Below, piece after piece: positions 49,528-62,765 of a DNA stretch of 64,000 nt. This DNA comes from Harriotta raleighana (Eukaryota). The stretch is from positions 5,984,777-6,048,776 of the forward strand of contig JBNZDD010013732.1 of assembly GCA_050575255.1 (NCBI GenBank), in the 5' to 3' direction. How positions within the stretch are numbered: the stretch's first letter is position 1; the number at the start of each line of letters is the position of its first letter. The notes beneath the pieces are model-generated. The model worked only from the letters and a program-made list of their open reading frames with translations. It searched no databases and had not been told where the DNA came from. Made by a program: the position numbers and the translations under genes.

Positions 49528-52500
49528 GTAGGAGCCGTGGAGATTAAGAAGGAGAAAGGCAGGGCAAGTGAACTTTTAGAGGCAGATGATTACCCACGTG
49601 AGATCCGAGTGTGAATGTATTAATCATTTAATCACTGCACTCCTCAGTCACCAGTACGACATAAATCTGTTTCATCTCACGTGAAGTCCAAGCTCCATTA
49701 GTGAGTGGAGTGGGAAAGATTGAAGGCGGAAGAGTGAGCCATAGTCTAAACTCTTTGGGGATTTTCAGGACAGACTGTGCGTGCTGTTATGAGCTGCTGA
49801 TTTGTTTTGTTTACGTTTGTACAGGTAGTGATGTATTACTGAGATTGTGCGTTGACTGTGACAAAGCCATAATATGCATATACATGTATTTGGAAGGCAG
49901 CAGTCAATGTCAGCAACTTCATAATGTGTAAAAGTACAAGAGTGCTACAACGCTCAGGTGCTCCGTTGATTAAGCTCCTGAGATCACCCAAAATTGAGCA
50001 GCTATTAAAGGTTCACATTTTATAGGATGGCAATAGTTATTCTCAAGATAACTCCGTTTTCTTTCAAATGAATTCAGTGACTAATGTGTATCTATGTGTG
50101 TGTGTATGCGGTGATGGGGAGGAGAGAATTCAGAGATCTCAGTAACTGACTGAGTTGTGTGTTGAACTCCAACAGGGTCAGTGACACAGTGTGTGTGTGT
50201 GTGTATCTGTCTGTGTATGCGGGGATTACTGATTGACTCTAAAGGAAGAGGCATATATGCTGGAGTTTAGTGGGGTTCATAAGGGTTCATAATTTTTTAG
50301 AGATGATTTAAAGTTATGAATGTGTATGTGAGNACACAGTGTGTGTGTGTGTGTATCTGTCTGTGTATGCGGGGATTACTGATTGACTGTAAAGGAAGAG
50401 GCATATATGCTGGAGTTTAGTGGGGTTCATAATTTTTTAGAGATGATTTAAAGTTATGAATGTGTATGTGAGGATCTCGGCGATCTGTGGTGTGAGACAG
50501 TGGAAGAGCTGGGAGATATTGAACATCAACAACAAAATTACATTTGTACAACGCCTGTTGGGAGCACGTTCCAAGTCACTGGATGATTGAATACATTGAA
50601 CAGGATGTGTGACAATGAGCAGCCTTCCCTTACTCCCCTTTCCAGAGGGAGGGACTTAGTGAGTCCACTGTCGATCTTGGGATGTTTGGGATTTTTCCTG
50701 GAAGGGGATAGACTTGGGTCAAGTGAATCAGATCAATGTTAGAATGTTTTCCTGGTTCTGAATCAATTGCTTTTAAGGGGCAATGTTGCAGTATTATCCT
50801 GGGATAGTTACTCGTCAGGGCAGATTGACTCTGCTGGAGGAGAAAGTTCAAATGGCAAATGCTCACTCCATGTACAGTACTCGCCCTTTCTCCAGCCAGG
50901 ATTTTCCAGTGGATTCAACCACCGTACGTCCTGACGCAGTGTGTTCGAGGAGCACACTTTTAACCTTCTCTGTGCTTTTTTCCATTTTAGAAATATTTGT
51001 GTTATCAGCTGCTGTGAGAATGAATGGGATTTAAACGAGGCAGCCAGTCTATCTGTGCAAGTATGCCTCCTGGATCAGGACACTTATTGTGTAACCCAGA
51101 GTTACTGAAACAAAACCCATGCCAGGAATTCTTGAGGAACACAATGTTGCTGATTCTAGATAGGCTAATTGTCGAATACTGTACCAGCTCACCTCCCTGA
51201 GGTCACCCATAGTGATCCACCCACAGAATCAGCTCCTTTTTCTTCTCCCATCCCCTCACCAGCAATGTTTGCCCCACAAGCAAGAGAATCCGGGTTTGAT
51301 TCCTGAGCGGGGCAAAACCTTAGGCAAGTTTCTTTACTCTACACATCACTGTTTACCTAGCATTACCAGGAACCCAATTGTTTGTCAATTAGTGGATCGC
51401 TTTCCTGGATTATTAATCCCTCCCAACATTTTTTTTATTATTCAAACCGCAACTGTTTGTGGGACATGGCTGTACACAATTTGCTTCCATGTTCTGCCCA
51501 CAAAATATCCAATCAATTCACTTTACAAATATATTTTGTGAAGCGCTTTGAGACTTCTAAGACGTGATAAGACGCTATATGAAAATCGAGGATTATTATT
51601 ATTTTGATTGTATTTCGGTCAGGCTACTCTGTCCTCATGTTTGTACTGACTGTTGATTTTCAACACAGACATGGAGTGTTCATGTGGAAATATTGCCCGC
51701 TGTGTTCTGTGAACTCGTATGGCTTGTGCCAAGGTTCCCAAAAGGCATGTGAGTTAAATGAGCCACAGTTTTCCAGGCTCATTGATGCTGTGTCTGATAT
51801 TCAACAACAACAACAACAACAACAACTTTGATTTATAGAGCGCCCTCCACNCGGTTCCCAAAAGGCATGTGAGTTAAATGAGCCACAGTTTTCCAGGTTC
51901 ATTGATGCTGTGTCTGATATTCAACAACAACAACAACAACAACTTTGATTTATAGAGCGCCCTCCACGCCGGACGGCGTCTCAGAGTGCTTCATGGATGC
52001 ATTCCTGGATCTATAAAGCAGAAGGAGAGTAAGGTCTCAATGTGGTGCTATTATATACTACTGTAAGGACCCCATAGAGTTTTTAAACCAGATTCATTTC
52101 AAGATCTGCATTCTAATTTTGAATTGCCTCTATAATCTCTCTCTATATTTGTTCTTCCGCCTTTTCTAATCTGCAGCCTCCATTCTCTTGACTCCATGCC
52201 ATTATTAGTCATTGATGGTTGAATCTTCTTGAACCCATGCCTCTGACCTGTGAAATTCTCTTTCTAATTCACTTTGCCTTGCTACCTTACTTATTCCTTC
52301 CAAGTGTCCTGCGGACAAACCATGTTGACCATGCCTTCAATCGACTCAAGACTTATTCCGCGAACAACTTGGTACCCACCATTTCAATTGTTACATCTTT
52401 TGAAAGGGACTTTCATGCAAATGGTGCTAAACATAATTCCCCTTCTCAAGCTCTATGTTCTTCCAAGTTCTAGATAGACTATGCCATAAACTCACAAAGG

Positions 52501-55500
52501 TAGATTGTGGCAATTTGTTTTTCTCAAGAAGAGGACACTCTGTACAGATAAAACCACCCCTAGTATTTCCTTCTTTAAAGTTCACCTTTGGTTTCTTTTT
52601 TTAGTGTAAAAATAATACTTTACTTTGCCTTCCCTCCTCACTTCTTTCTTTCAAGCAAATTGCCAGATTTCAGGACACTTGTGCAGAAATTAGCTGACAT
52701 GTTCACCCCCAAATACACATTGTCACTCCAGTGTACAGTAAATCCTGTGAAACGCATGGAGAAGTCCTCCCAATGTGAAAACTTATAAAGATTATAATTA
52801 GATGACAATGTATGCTTCAAATAGTGAATTTGTTGTCATTGAGTGGGTAGAAACAATTAACACTGAATCAGTAAATATGAAGGTATGTTATCAATGTAAA
52901 ATTAAACAGTGAAATATAAACAACGCATTGCCATTATTGTTGACCTGCGTTGAGTGAAATTCATGAATCTTAACCCAATGGTCCTCGAACACGTCAGAAA
53001 TTCTATGACCTCAAGTACTCTGTGACACTATGCCAGAGTGAGACACAGTGCTGTGCAGTTGCTTTGAATATAACCACAGCGGCATATGTTCTCACTCTGA
53101 GCAGCATTGGAAGAATTATTTTACAGAATGCCATGATACTGAGATTTTTGGCATGTTTATGCAGCGGAATAGTAAATAACAACAAACAACAACTTGGATT
53201 TATATAGCGCTCTCCACGTCGGATGGCGTCTCAGAGGGCTTCCCAATAATGGATCCCGGAGCTGATTGTGGGGAGGGGGGAAAAAGTGCGGTCGAAAAAA
53301 AGGTCTTTAGCCGAGACCTGAAAGTAGGGTGAGGCAAAGGGAGTGAGGAAGGGAGTTCCAGAGCCTCGGCCCATAGTGCCCAAAGGCATGGCTGCCAATG
53401 GTGGAGCAGAGGATTCGGGGGACGAGGAGGAGCCAGACCCGATGGAGTGAAGGTAACAGGTACTGTTGTGAGGAGAGAAGAGATCAGAGAGGTAGGAGTT
53501 GCAGAGGAGTGGAGGGATTTAAATACAACAGTGAGTATCTTAAAATCGATCCTCTCCAGGACAGGGAGCCAATGCACTCTGGCAAGGACTGGAGTAATTG
53601 GGGAGTGGAGTTTGGTGCGGGTGAGAATGCAGACGGCAGAGTAGTCCAGCTGAGAGGTGACAAAAGCATGGACCAGGATTTCGGTAGCTTATGGGATGAG
53701 ATATTGTCAGAGATGGAACAAAGTGGTGCTGGTGAAGGACTGGATGTGGGGAAGGAAGGATAATTAGGTGTCAAACCTGATGCTCATTGACACCCAGATT
53801 TCATAGAATCATAGAATCTTATGGCACAAAAGGAGGCCATTCAGCCTATCGAGTCTATGCCAGCTCTTCAAAAAGAGCAATTTTATCCCACTCCCCAGCT
53901 CTCTCCACATAACCTCGCAAACCTGTCCTCCCCAAATAAATGTCTACCTCCCTATTAAAAGTTGTTATCCAATCGCGGTCTCCATCACCTTTTCAGGCAA
54001 TGCATTCCAGATCCAAACAACTCGCTGAATGAAAAAAATTTCAAACCAAATTCTTATAAAATCTTAATCATGTTTTCTTACTCAGGAACCTGGTTGTTAG
54101 TTGATTGTCAGATTGCTTTTATGGGGTAATAATCCCTCAAAAATAATTGGTCAATCCACGATTTTGTGGAACACTGCTGTGGCTAATGGCTGCAGTGTTT
54201 CATCCACAAAATGCAGTCAATCCATTTCACAATATATTCGGTGAAGAATTTGAAATGTCTCAACGATGTGATAAGATGCTATATTTATTGCAATAATTAT
54301 CATTGTTATTACTATTCCAATGTATAATATGGAAACCCTCCCTGTACTCACAGAGATTGATCTGATGCTTCTCATAAACTCAGTATACACGGATGAATTC
54401 TGACTGTGTACAAGGTTTCTCAGCCTAGTTTACACTTGGTTGTAGAGTAGCAGTCTCCCAACTGCCCAACTCCAAATGTTGAGTTGAGAGATGTTTTACT
54501 CTGAAAATATACTGGCTTTGACAATGACCCTCGGTCCCAAATCTGAAAAAGTAAAAATTGTTCCTTTCCCTGTAATAACATCCCTCACCTTGATCTCCTC
54601 AGAAGATCATTGTTTTAAGAAATTGCATATTGTTATTGTTAATCCTGTTTCTTCACACTGGCAGGGTCAGTAAACTCTCCCAGGTTAATTGCTATTTTTG
54701 TTGTTTGTCCAGATTATTTGTGTTGTCAGGCTCACCAACTCCCTGGGTTACTAAATGTTACTGCACTGTTGCGAATTCACTTCTTTGAGCTGTCAAAAGC
54801 CATTCAGTCAGCTTTACCAATAATGCTAGCACTCAACGTCAATAGGAAAATGTACAGCAATTGGGAATAAAAAGACTTGAAGCGTGCTTAGGCTAGCGAG
54901 TCATCCAGTTATAATTTTTTGTTCAGAAGGTGCCACTCCCTCTTTAACTCTGTTTTGCAAGTTATTCTGTTTTCCTTTGCATTTCTGAGAAATGAATCGT
55001 TTTTTTCGCATTCCTTTCCAGAGCGTATCAGTTACAGCCCAGATGTCACTCTCTGAGGGACACAGCATCCCATATCCTGATAGTCTAATATGGCAAGAGG
55101 ATCCCAGTCTGATATCAGACAATTGATTATATTATTGGTACAGATAGAGTTCACCAGCACAGTAGTGATATTGATACTGAGCAGCAACGAGAATTGTCTC
55201 GAAAGTAAAGAATGTGGGATTAGATAGCAACAGTCCAAGAACCATATGGCACCGCAACTCTTGGCTCTATGAGAAAGGAAATTCCTTTTTTTTAAACAGA
55301 CTAGTTTTGTTGGTCTGTGGATAGATATGTTAGTAAGTATTTCTCGGCCTGATGCTCCCATTTCCATGGCACTGGTAACCCAGACATTCAAAAGGACATC
55401 ATCACCTCACTTATACCTTGCCCTCCACTCCCTACTGGAACCCCTCCAGTCCCGTTTTCACCAAGCCCGCAGCAAAGAAATAGCATAGGGCTCGTCGAAG

Positions 55501-58500
55501 TAACAAATGATGTCCTCTCTCTCTATGGTCAGGGCTCCCTCTGCTTCCTCATCATGGAGTGGATCAATTTCAAGATTCTCACTCTAGTGTTTAAATCCCG
55601 CCATGCACTGGAACCCCTATTTCTCTAACCTGTGCTCTCCCTACACTACAACCTGTTACATCCACTCGATTGGCTCTGGTCAACTCCTTGACTTACGGAG
55701 TTTCTGCCCTACCATTGGCAGCCGTGCTTTCAGCCACTACACCCCAAAGCTGTGGAACTCTATAATAATAAATAATCCTTGCATTTGATGTAGCGCTTTT
55801 CACATCTTATCAATGTCCCAAAGCGCTTCACAGAATATACTGTAAAGTGAATTGACTGTATATTTGTGGGTGGAATGCGGCAGCCAATTGCGCACAGCAG
55901 TGTCCCACAAACAGTCGTGGATTGAAATGACCAATTTTATTATTGTGTTTTTTTTGGAGAGATTATTATTAGGCATGTGGAGTAAGGAAACTTGCCTAAG
56001 GTTTCGCCCTGATCTGCCTGGATTTGAACTCAGGTCTCATTCTTGTAAGGCTTGTAAGACAAGTACTCCAACCACTGAGCCACAGGAGCTCCACTCTCTC
56101 CCACAATGCCTTTGCCTTGCCCTCCCTCTCCCCATTTTCAGGTTGTGCTTGCAGGCTTTCTTCTTTGATCATTCCTACAGTCACCACAGCCATCCCCGAG
56201 CTCACATTCAGGCTCCACCACTTTTGAATACTCTAAGAAGCCGTACTACGTGAAGGGCGCAATATAAATGCAATTTGTTGTAAGTGCAATGAGTGGGAGG
56301 TAAATGCAGTCTGGATGAATGCAGTGGATGAGAGATTGGATGTTTGATGTTAATCTGGGAGATTGTAGAGTTCCATTCGGTTGTAGTAGAGTTATAACTC
56401 TTTCTCTATCTGCCTTTGTTGGGCTCAGTCTTGGTTTTCTCCACTCAACTGCTGCTTGTTATGTGACATAGTCGCTGCAACTGTTTTTTCTGTAAATGTA
56501 TCTCACACACAAAGCCACTAAGAATTTCATTCTACTTAGACTTTTCTAATGCACTCCTCTCTGGCCTCCTTAGCTTCACCATCCAAAAGCTGCAACTCAT
56601 TTAAAACTCTGGCATCCACATCCTTACCAGCATTAACTCTGCATGCCTATCAGCTCGTGTACACTACCTTCCTGTCTCCCAGAGGATTGATATCAAGGTG
56701 CTTACCCTCACTTACAAATCTAACCACTCCCTACCTTTCCAATCTTCTCCTATCCCTCTTCTCCATATGTCGTACCCGCTCAGCTATCTTATGTTTGCTG
56801 TACATACCCTGTCTTCTCTGCACCATCGATGGCCGAGTCTTCTGNTAAGACAAGTGCTCCAACCACTGAGCCACAGGAGCTCCACTCTCTCCCACAATGC
56901 CTTTGCCTTGCCCTCCCTCTCCCCATTTTCAGGTTGTGCTTGCAGGCTTTCTTCTTTGATCATTCCTACAGTCACCACAGCCATCCCCGAGCTCACATTC
57001 AGGCTCCACCACTTTTGAATACTCTAAGAAGCCGTACTACGTGAAGGGCGCAATATAAATGCAATTTGTTGTAAGTGCAACGAGTGGGAGGTAAATGCAG
57101 TCTGGATGAATGCAGTGGATGAGAGATTGGATGTTTGATGTTAATCTGGGAGATTGTAGAGTTCCATTCGGTTGTAGTAGAGTTATAACTCTTTCTCTAT
57201 CTGCCTTTGTTGGGCTCAGTCTTGGTTTTCTCCACTCAACTGCTGCTTGTTATGTGACATAGTCGCTGCAACTGTTTTTTCTGTAAATGTATCTCACACA
57301 CAAAGCCACTAAGAATTTCATTCTACTTAGACTTTTCTAATGCACTCCTCTCTGGCCTCCTTAGCTTCACCATCCAAAAGCTGCAACTCATTTAAAACTC
57401 TGGCATCCACATCCTTACCAGCATTAACTCTGCATGCCTATCAGCTCGTGTACACTACCTTCCTGTCTCCCAGAGGATTGATATCAAGGTGCTTACCCTC
57501 ACTTACAAATCTAACCACTCCCTACCTTTCCAATCTTCTCCTATCCCTCTTCTCCATATGTCGTACCCGCTCAGCTATCTTATGTTTGCTGTACATACCC
57601 TGTCTTCTCTGCACCATCGATGGCCGAGTCTTCTGTTGCTATGCCTCTAACTTCTGGAACTCCCTATCTTGTCCACTCCATCTCCCCCTTCACCCTTCCC
57701 TGGCCTCAATTGATAGCTCTTTGAACACATCTATGGCAATCTTCTCCCTTCTCCCCTTCTCCCTCACTTCCCCTTCTCCTTCATCCATCCATGTAAGGCA
57801 ACTCCGAGAGATTACTCCACATGAAGGACTCTTTATAAATGCATGTTGTTGCTGTAGTGACAAATCAAAGTGAATTGTTCCTTTCACCTGTGTGTTTGGG
57901 TAATCTGCACATACATTTCTCTCAACTAGAGGTTACTGCACAATATAGAAAAGCACAGAATCTGTCTGAGATGTTGGGTAAATTAATGCTATTTTTTTCA
58001 GGTTGTTGCCTAATTTCCCAAGGAGTGAATTTAGGCTTGGGAGGTTATCGGAAGTAGATGCTGGAATGTGAGGCAGGATGGAATGTTGCTCAGATAATTC
58101 TGGCTTCAGCAATCGTTAACACAAAGGCCCTGCGACTGTCACTATTACTGTACGACTTTTAGTGGAATGCACCCTGATCATTAGAATCACTCGGGATGGT
58201 AGATTTAGGGATCAGAATTCTAAACTCAAACCAAGACGATTTGGGTTAATTATTGAATGGGTTGAATTTGGTCACTAGGGACACATCTATTATATTATTA
58301 TACTGCAGCTATCTAAACATCCAAGTGATGAGTCAGAAGCAAAGAGAACCAAGAACATGTGCAGTGTTTTTGTAAGGATGTGTGTGTTTAAGAGAGAGGG
58401 AGAGAGTGGGTGTGGTGGTGGGGTGAGGGGCCTGGAATTGGCTGTTACAAGCTATCTTGCATTTAAGGGACAGGTGAAAGGGGGTCAATGTCGGGTGAGG

Positions 58501-59971
58501 AGAGGGAGCAACTTAGGGTGGGTTTGGTGCTGTGTACAGTGTCAATTCCTACAACATGTTATATGAACAACGGATTATCCATGGCATGCGTTAGCTCTTT
58601 TGACCTTACTATGACTGAGGTAATGATGTCCTCACCACAAAGTATTATATTGTTGATCACGTTTTATGACTGTTTAAAGTGCATGGAATTTTGTGCACTT
58701 GTGATTGTTGTGAGTCAAACTCTTCCAACTGGCAAATTTATTTTTCCTTTTGCTTTTCCAGTTCTGTTCCCATCTGCACAAAGGCTAAAACGCCATGATC
58801 GATCCATACTTGTTAATCCTGGCTTCTATCGTTCGGAGGAGGAGGTGGAGCTGCTTTATGAGGTCTCTCGCCTTTTGATTTTCCTTGTTATTCCCATTGA
58901 ATGCCTGATCCAGGTCCAATCAGGAACTGAAGTGGGGGCTTAGTCAGAGTCAGCTTGTTGTGTGCCCAGGTAACCTGATGGTTATTGGGGATATATTGCC
59001 CAATCTTCAGTGGTTTGGCAAATGCGGTTTCTCCATTTATAACCTTATCTCAAATAATCCTAACAATAAATCTCCTTTGCCCCAAAATCCATTCAAGCGT
59101 GGTTCCTGGTGAGATTGTGAAACAAAGCTTTCACTCACTCCCTGTTAAAAATGTACAGCTAGGGACTTTGAAAATGGGAGCTGTACATCTTGGGCTCTAA
59201 CATGCAATGGTTTCTAACAAGATTCCTTAATACAGATGCACACATTACTTTCAGAGCAGAATTCCCACGAATCTTGTGATTTTTTTTTTGGTCAGCTGCA
59301 TGTCTGACACCTATCACCATGTTTAAGATTACCCAAACCAAATTAAGAGTTCCAATGCATCCCTCCTACAAATGAGAGTGACATACTTCTGGTTACTGGA
59401 AAAAATCACCACTCAGTTTCCTCATGAAAGTTTCTGTTTAGAGATAGCCCTTCCAGACCCTAATTATTACATATTTTATCTACAAATACAGTCACTACAT
59501 TGTACAATAATGTTCAAAAAATTATTATTAGTTTCATTATTATATTTCTAATCATTTTTGAAGTTGATAAATAATTGGTTTGTTTAGATGTAAGTACCAT
59601 GCAACTATTCTGTCCTCCTTTAAAATATATTCTTTTGTACATTTCAGTTTCTTCTGGGTGGTTTGAACATAGATGAGAAATTCCACTGCTCCATCAAAGA
59701 TGAAGAACTTGCATCAATGAGAGCAGCGAAGAAGTTTAGCATAATTCTCAATGACATTGTTCCCAAGAACATCACTGAAATCCGCAGACTTACACACAGA
59801 ATATCCAGGAACACCGGACAGCTCAATGCAGAAGACTTTGAACGAGTTGTGTTGACCTTAGTTTACACAGCTTACCAGGCCTCAAGGTTTCAGGGGCATC
59901 AAAGGGATACCTGGGTAGAATCACTTATGAACATTTTTCAGGCCTTAAGACAGGATCTGACCATGAATTGA
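49452..59971 (+). CDS. FAM180A: FAM180-family secreted protein, full spliced gene (3 coding exons, 166 aa); paralog identity unresolved
   Basis: Join 49452-49527, 58762-58862, 59648-59971 gives [36 protein letters not shown]...[33 protein letters not shown]...[15 protein letters not shown]...[22 protein letters not shown]. This closely matches recalled FAM180A motifs ([40 protein letters not shown]). The symbol is tentative. Confidence 0.85.
51275..51604 (+). mobile_element. tRNA-derived SINE
   Basis: Family body and (att)n tail. Confidence 0.75.
53178..53800 (-). mobile_element. L2 LINE 3' fragment
   Basis: ORF 53200-53577 ([22 protein letters not shown]) plus an L2 tail. Confidence 0.8.
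53802..54040 (-). mobile_element. CR1 LINE 3' end
   Basis: catagaatcatagaatc 8-bp terminal repeat followed by ggaggccattcagcc. Confidence 0.75.
55762..56094 (-). mobile_element. young tRNA-derived SINE inserted into an L2 fragment
   Basis: Full SINE interrupts an L2 3' end between ctgtggaactct (55760) and ctctcccacaatgcc (56095). Confidence 0.85.
57340..57855 (+). mobile_element. decayed L2 3' fragment
   Basis: L2 ORF2 C-terminal remnants and tail ataaatgcatgttgttgctg. Confidence 0.65.
58762..58862 (+). CDS. FAM180A: FAM180 coding exon 2
   Basis: ttccag|(V)[33 protein letters not shown]|gtctct; includes the RLKR convertase-like site. Confidence 0.9.
59648..59971 (+). CDS. FAM180A: FAM180 coding exon 3
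   Basis: tttcag|[30 protein letters not shown]...[10 protein letters not shown]; overlaps ORF 59663-59971. Confidence 0.93.
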   Translation, partial: FLLGGLNIDEKFHCSIKDEELASMRAAKKFSIILNDIVPKNITEIRRLTHRISRNTGQLNAEDFERVVLTLVYTAYQASRFQGHQRDTWVESLMNIFQALRQDLTMN

Positions 59972-61313
59972 GTACGGAATGTAAATGTGCTCTAAAGAGT
60001 TTGTTCTTTTGAATACTTATCCTTCTTCCACCCATCTTCATTTTCAGATAGCTTCTCCAATTTCCAGATCATGTAATAATAACAATAAATCTTGCATTTG
60101 GTATAGCGCCTTTCAGGAGTGAAAAGTCCCAGAGGGTTTCACGAGACTTACTGTCTTCTTGTAGGCAGTTTTGCTCTGGAAAGTACATTCGAACTGGCCT
60201 GCTTACTGGCCACTTTGTGCTATTAATAAAAGAAAAGCACAGATTGTACGTGGCAGCTACAGCCCATCACCACCACTAAACTATAGAAGTGCCTGATAAA
60301 GTTTAAATAATTAGGAACCTGGGCCCAATATTACATATGAGGAATGTAATTAAACTTAAGTACATCATACTTAACCTTATGCCAACTACGGCTGTAGCCT
60401 CTGCCGCGTTAATTTAAAGCACCATTTACTTAAAAGTAACAAAAAAAGGGGATTCTCAGCAAAAACCTATGGCCTAGACTCACTGCAAAGGATGAATCTC
60501 CCCAGCTTTGCCCCCACCCCCAACTAATTCCACCCATTTTTAATTGGAATAATAAACCTTGAAACAAGTGCTGTACTGTAGTTTCAGAGTTAAGCATTCA
60601 ATGATGCAGAAATGTTAAGAATTGAATCTGGGTGGAATGAGAACAGGTAATTTTATCATGGGAGGTTGGAGTGACTCAACCGCGTGCAATTGTTAGCCGA
60701 GCATATGGGGAAATTGAGTGTAGACACCATCTTTCACTGCTGGGACTTGAACTCAAATTCAGGCATGGAATAATAGGGCTCAAAGACTTCTCTCTTGGGA
60801 TCCTATAAGGTTCCTGTCTGACATTCATTTGGGAGCCTCATCCAGTGTGTAATAGGTGTGATCTCGCATCTTTAAAAACTCTCCCAAATTGGGCCAATTT
60901 ACAAAAAGTGGCCATGGGGGTGGATTGGTTGGGAAGTTGAAAATCACACTGACTGTGCAATGTGACGCTGCTCTGAGGTTTAGTTAAGAGTTAAGAGAGT
61001 CTTCCTCTGGAATTTATTGTGGTATAATTGAGTTGAAAACTTCAAATATAACCTCCTTTACCTTGGTAGGCGCAAAAATACCCTTTCAAAACAAGTTGAC
61101 GACCAGTTGATTTCAGTTGGGGGAATCTTTAAGATGACATCCAGTGATTAGTTTATCTTTTCACTTTAATGCACCAAATGTAACTCATTAGATTGTAACA
61201 AATGCACAGAATCAACCCGCCCCAACAATTTTTTATGGTAGATGTAGAAATAAATGCAGTTGCTGTATTTGATGTATGTTATACATTCTAAGTATTCAAA
61301 GTATAAGTAGATA

Positions 61314-61862
61314 CAGGTAACACTCATCGAACGCAACTTTATCGATTGCGAATTCAAGTATATGCGATGAAAAAAGTGTCACTTTGTGTGCAATGCGCGT
61401 AAAACTTGCGTTTTCTCGCTGGCTGGCCCGCGTGCATGCATACTTGTGAGGACACCTGTAGCTCCCGATCAAATCCAATGATTCCTCGGCTGGCTCGTTC
61501 TGCGCGCATGCGCACTTATGATGACACTGGCAGCTCTCGACTAAATCCGATGATTCCTTGGCTGGCTGGCCCCGCGGGCAATGTACCCTTGGAAAATTCT
61601 GATGACTCTTCGGCCGTGGAGTATCCTGATGGCATTGCATGGTAAACGGAAGAGACAGAGAGAGAGAGTCTTCTAACACTTCCAGGACCAAAGGTAAAAT
61701 AATTTAGCCTAGCTGTGGTTTTATTGCTTTATTGCTATTTTATTGTCTATGTTATTCCCCTAACTCCTCCTTTCCCATTACTTGTTAAGCTTACCCAACG
61801 CGACTTTACTGAGTGCGCAGTTTTCCAGGAACATAACCCCCGCGATCGACGAGGATTAACTG
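61314..61862. mobile_element. Tigger-like MITE with internal ~69-bp tandem repeats
   Basis: TA|CAGGTAACACTCATCGAACGC ... GCGATCGACGAGGATTAACTG|TA; CpG-rich repeats at 61415-61580. Confidence 0.75.
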
Positions 61863-61984
61863 TAATGTATAAAATGGAAAAATAACATTTTTTAGATAGA
61901 TGTATTACATTCTGTATTTTAATAATATCTTATATACTGTTATCCACCGGCTGCCAGTGATTTTGCCACTGATGCCGTCTGACA

Positions 61985-62765
61985 CAACAACAACTTGCAT
62001 TTCTATAGCGCCCTTCATATGGAATAGTTTCCCGGTGCGTTAGCAGGGGTGGAGACTGACACCGAGACAAGGGGAGATGAAGAAGGGGATTTGAAAGTGG
62101 GGAGGATTTGGGTAAGGTAGAGAGATTGAGTGAGAGTTCCAGAGTTTTTGGGCACAGTGGCTGAAAGCACAGCCACTGATGGTGGAGTGGAAGAGCCTAG
62201 GGATGAACAGGGAGCCGGAGCCAGTGAGTGAGAGAATCTTGAAATCGATTTGCTCAGTAATTGTGAGCCAGTGGAGCCTGACAAGGGGTGGTGTGGTGGG
62301 GCTACAGAGTGTTGTGCGGGTTGGTATCTGAGCGGTGGAGTTTTTAAATTAATTGTATTTTGTGTATGGTAATGATAGGGATACATAGAAGGAGGCCATA
62401 ATCTAGCTGGGAACTGACAAAGATGTGAACAAAGATTTCGGCAGCATTGGTTGTGAGGTACGGACAGAGGTGGGCTATGTGACAAAAAGCGGTTCTGGTC
62501 AGGGAAGCTGAAGATCAAACCTGATGCCTATGTCATGCAAGGGGATCGGTGATTCTACAGGAAAGCCCTGGAAGGTTGAGGAGTTAAGACCCACAGGAGA
62601 GAAGACGATGACGGACTCCAATGAGTATGGCTTCTTGCTGACATTCAGCAGGAAACTTGCACTCATCCAGACATTGATGTCTGTCAAACAAGCTGAGCAG
62701 ACTGGGAGTCACAGCTAGAGAAGAAGTAGGTTCGAGTGTCATCCGCATACATGTGGAAGTTGACA
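61985..62765 (-). mobile_element. decayed L2 LINE fragment
   Basis: STCMRMTLE/YADDT-like RT end, DINVWMSASFLLNVSK, and an L2 tail at 61985. Confidence 0.75.

Noticed and set aside
50184-51967. Two short tandem duplications (50184-50472 and 51732-51967)
   Set aside because: Each is joined at a single N; allelic overlap artefacts.
56056-57634. About 790-bp tandem duplication
   Set aside because: Near-identical copies joined at a single N (56845); assembly or haplotype overlap.
61296-61691. 131-aa ORF with repeated Cys/His motifs
   Set aside because: Arises from the internal tandem repeats of a non-autonomous MITE.
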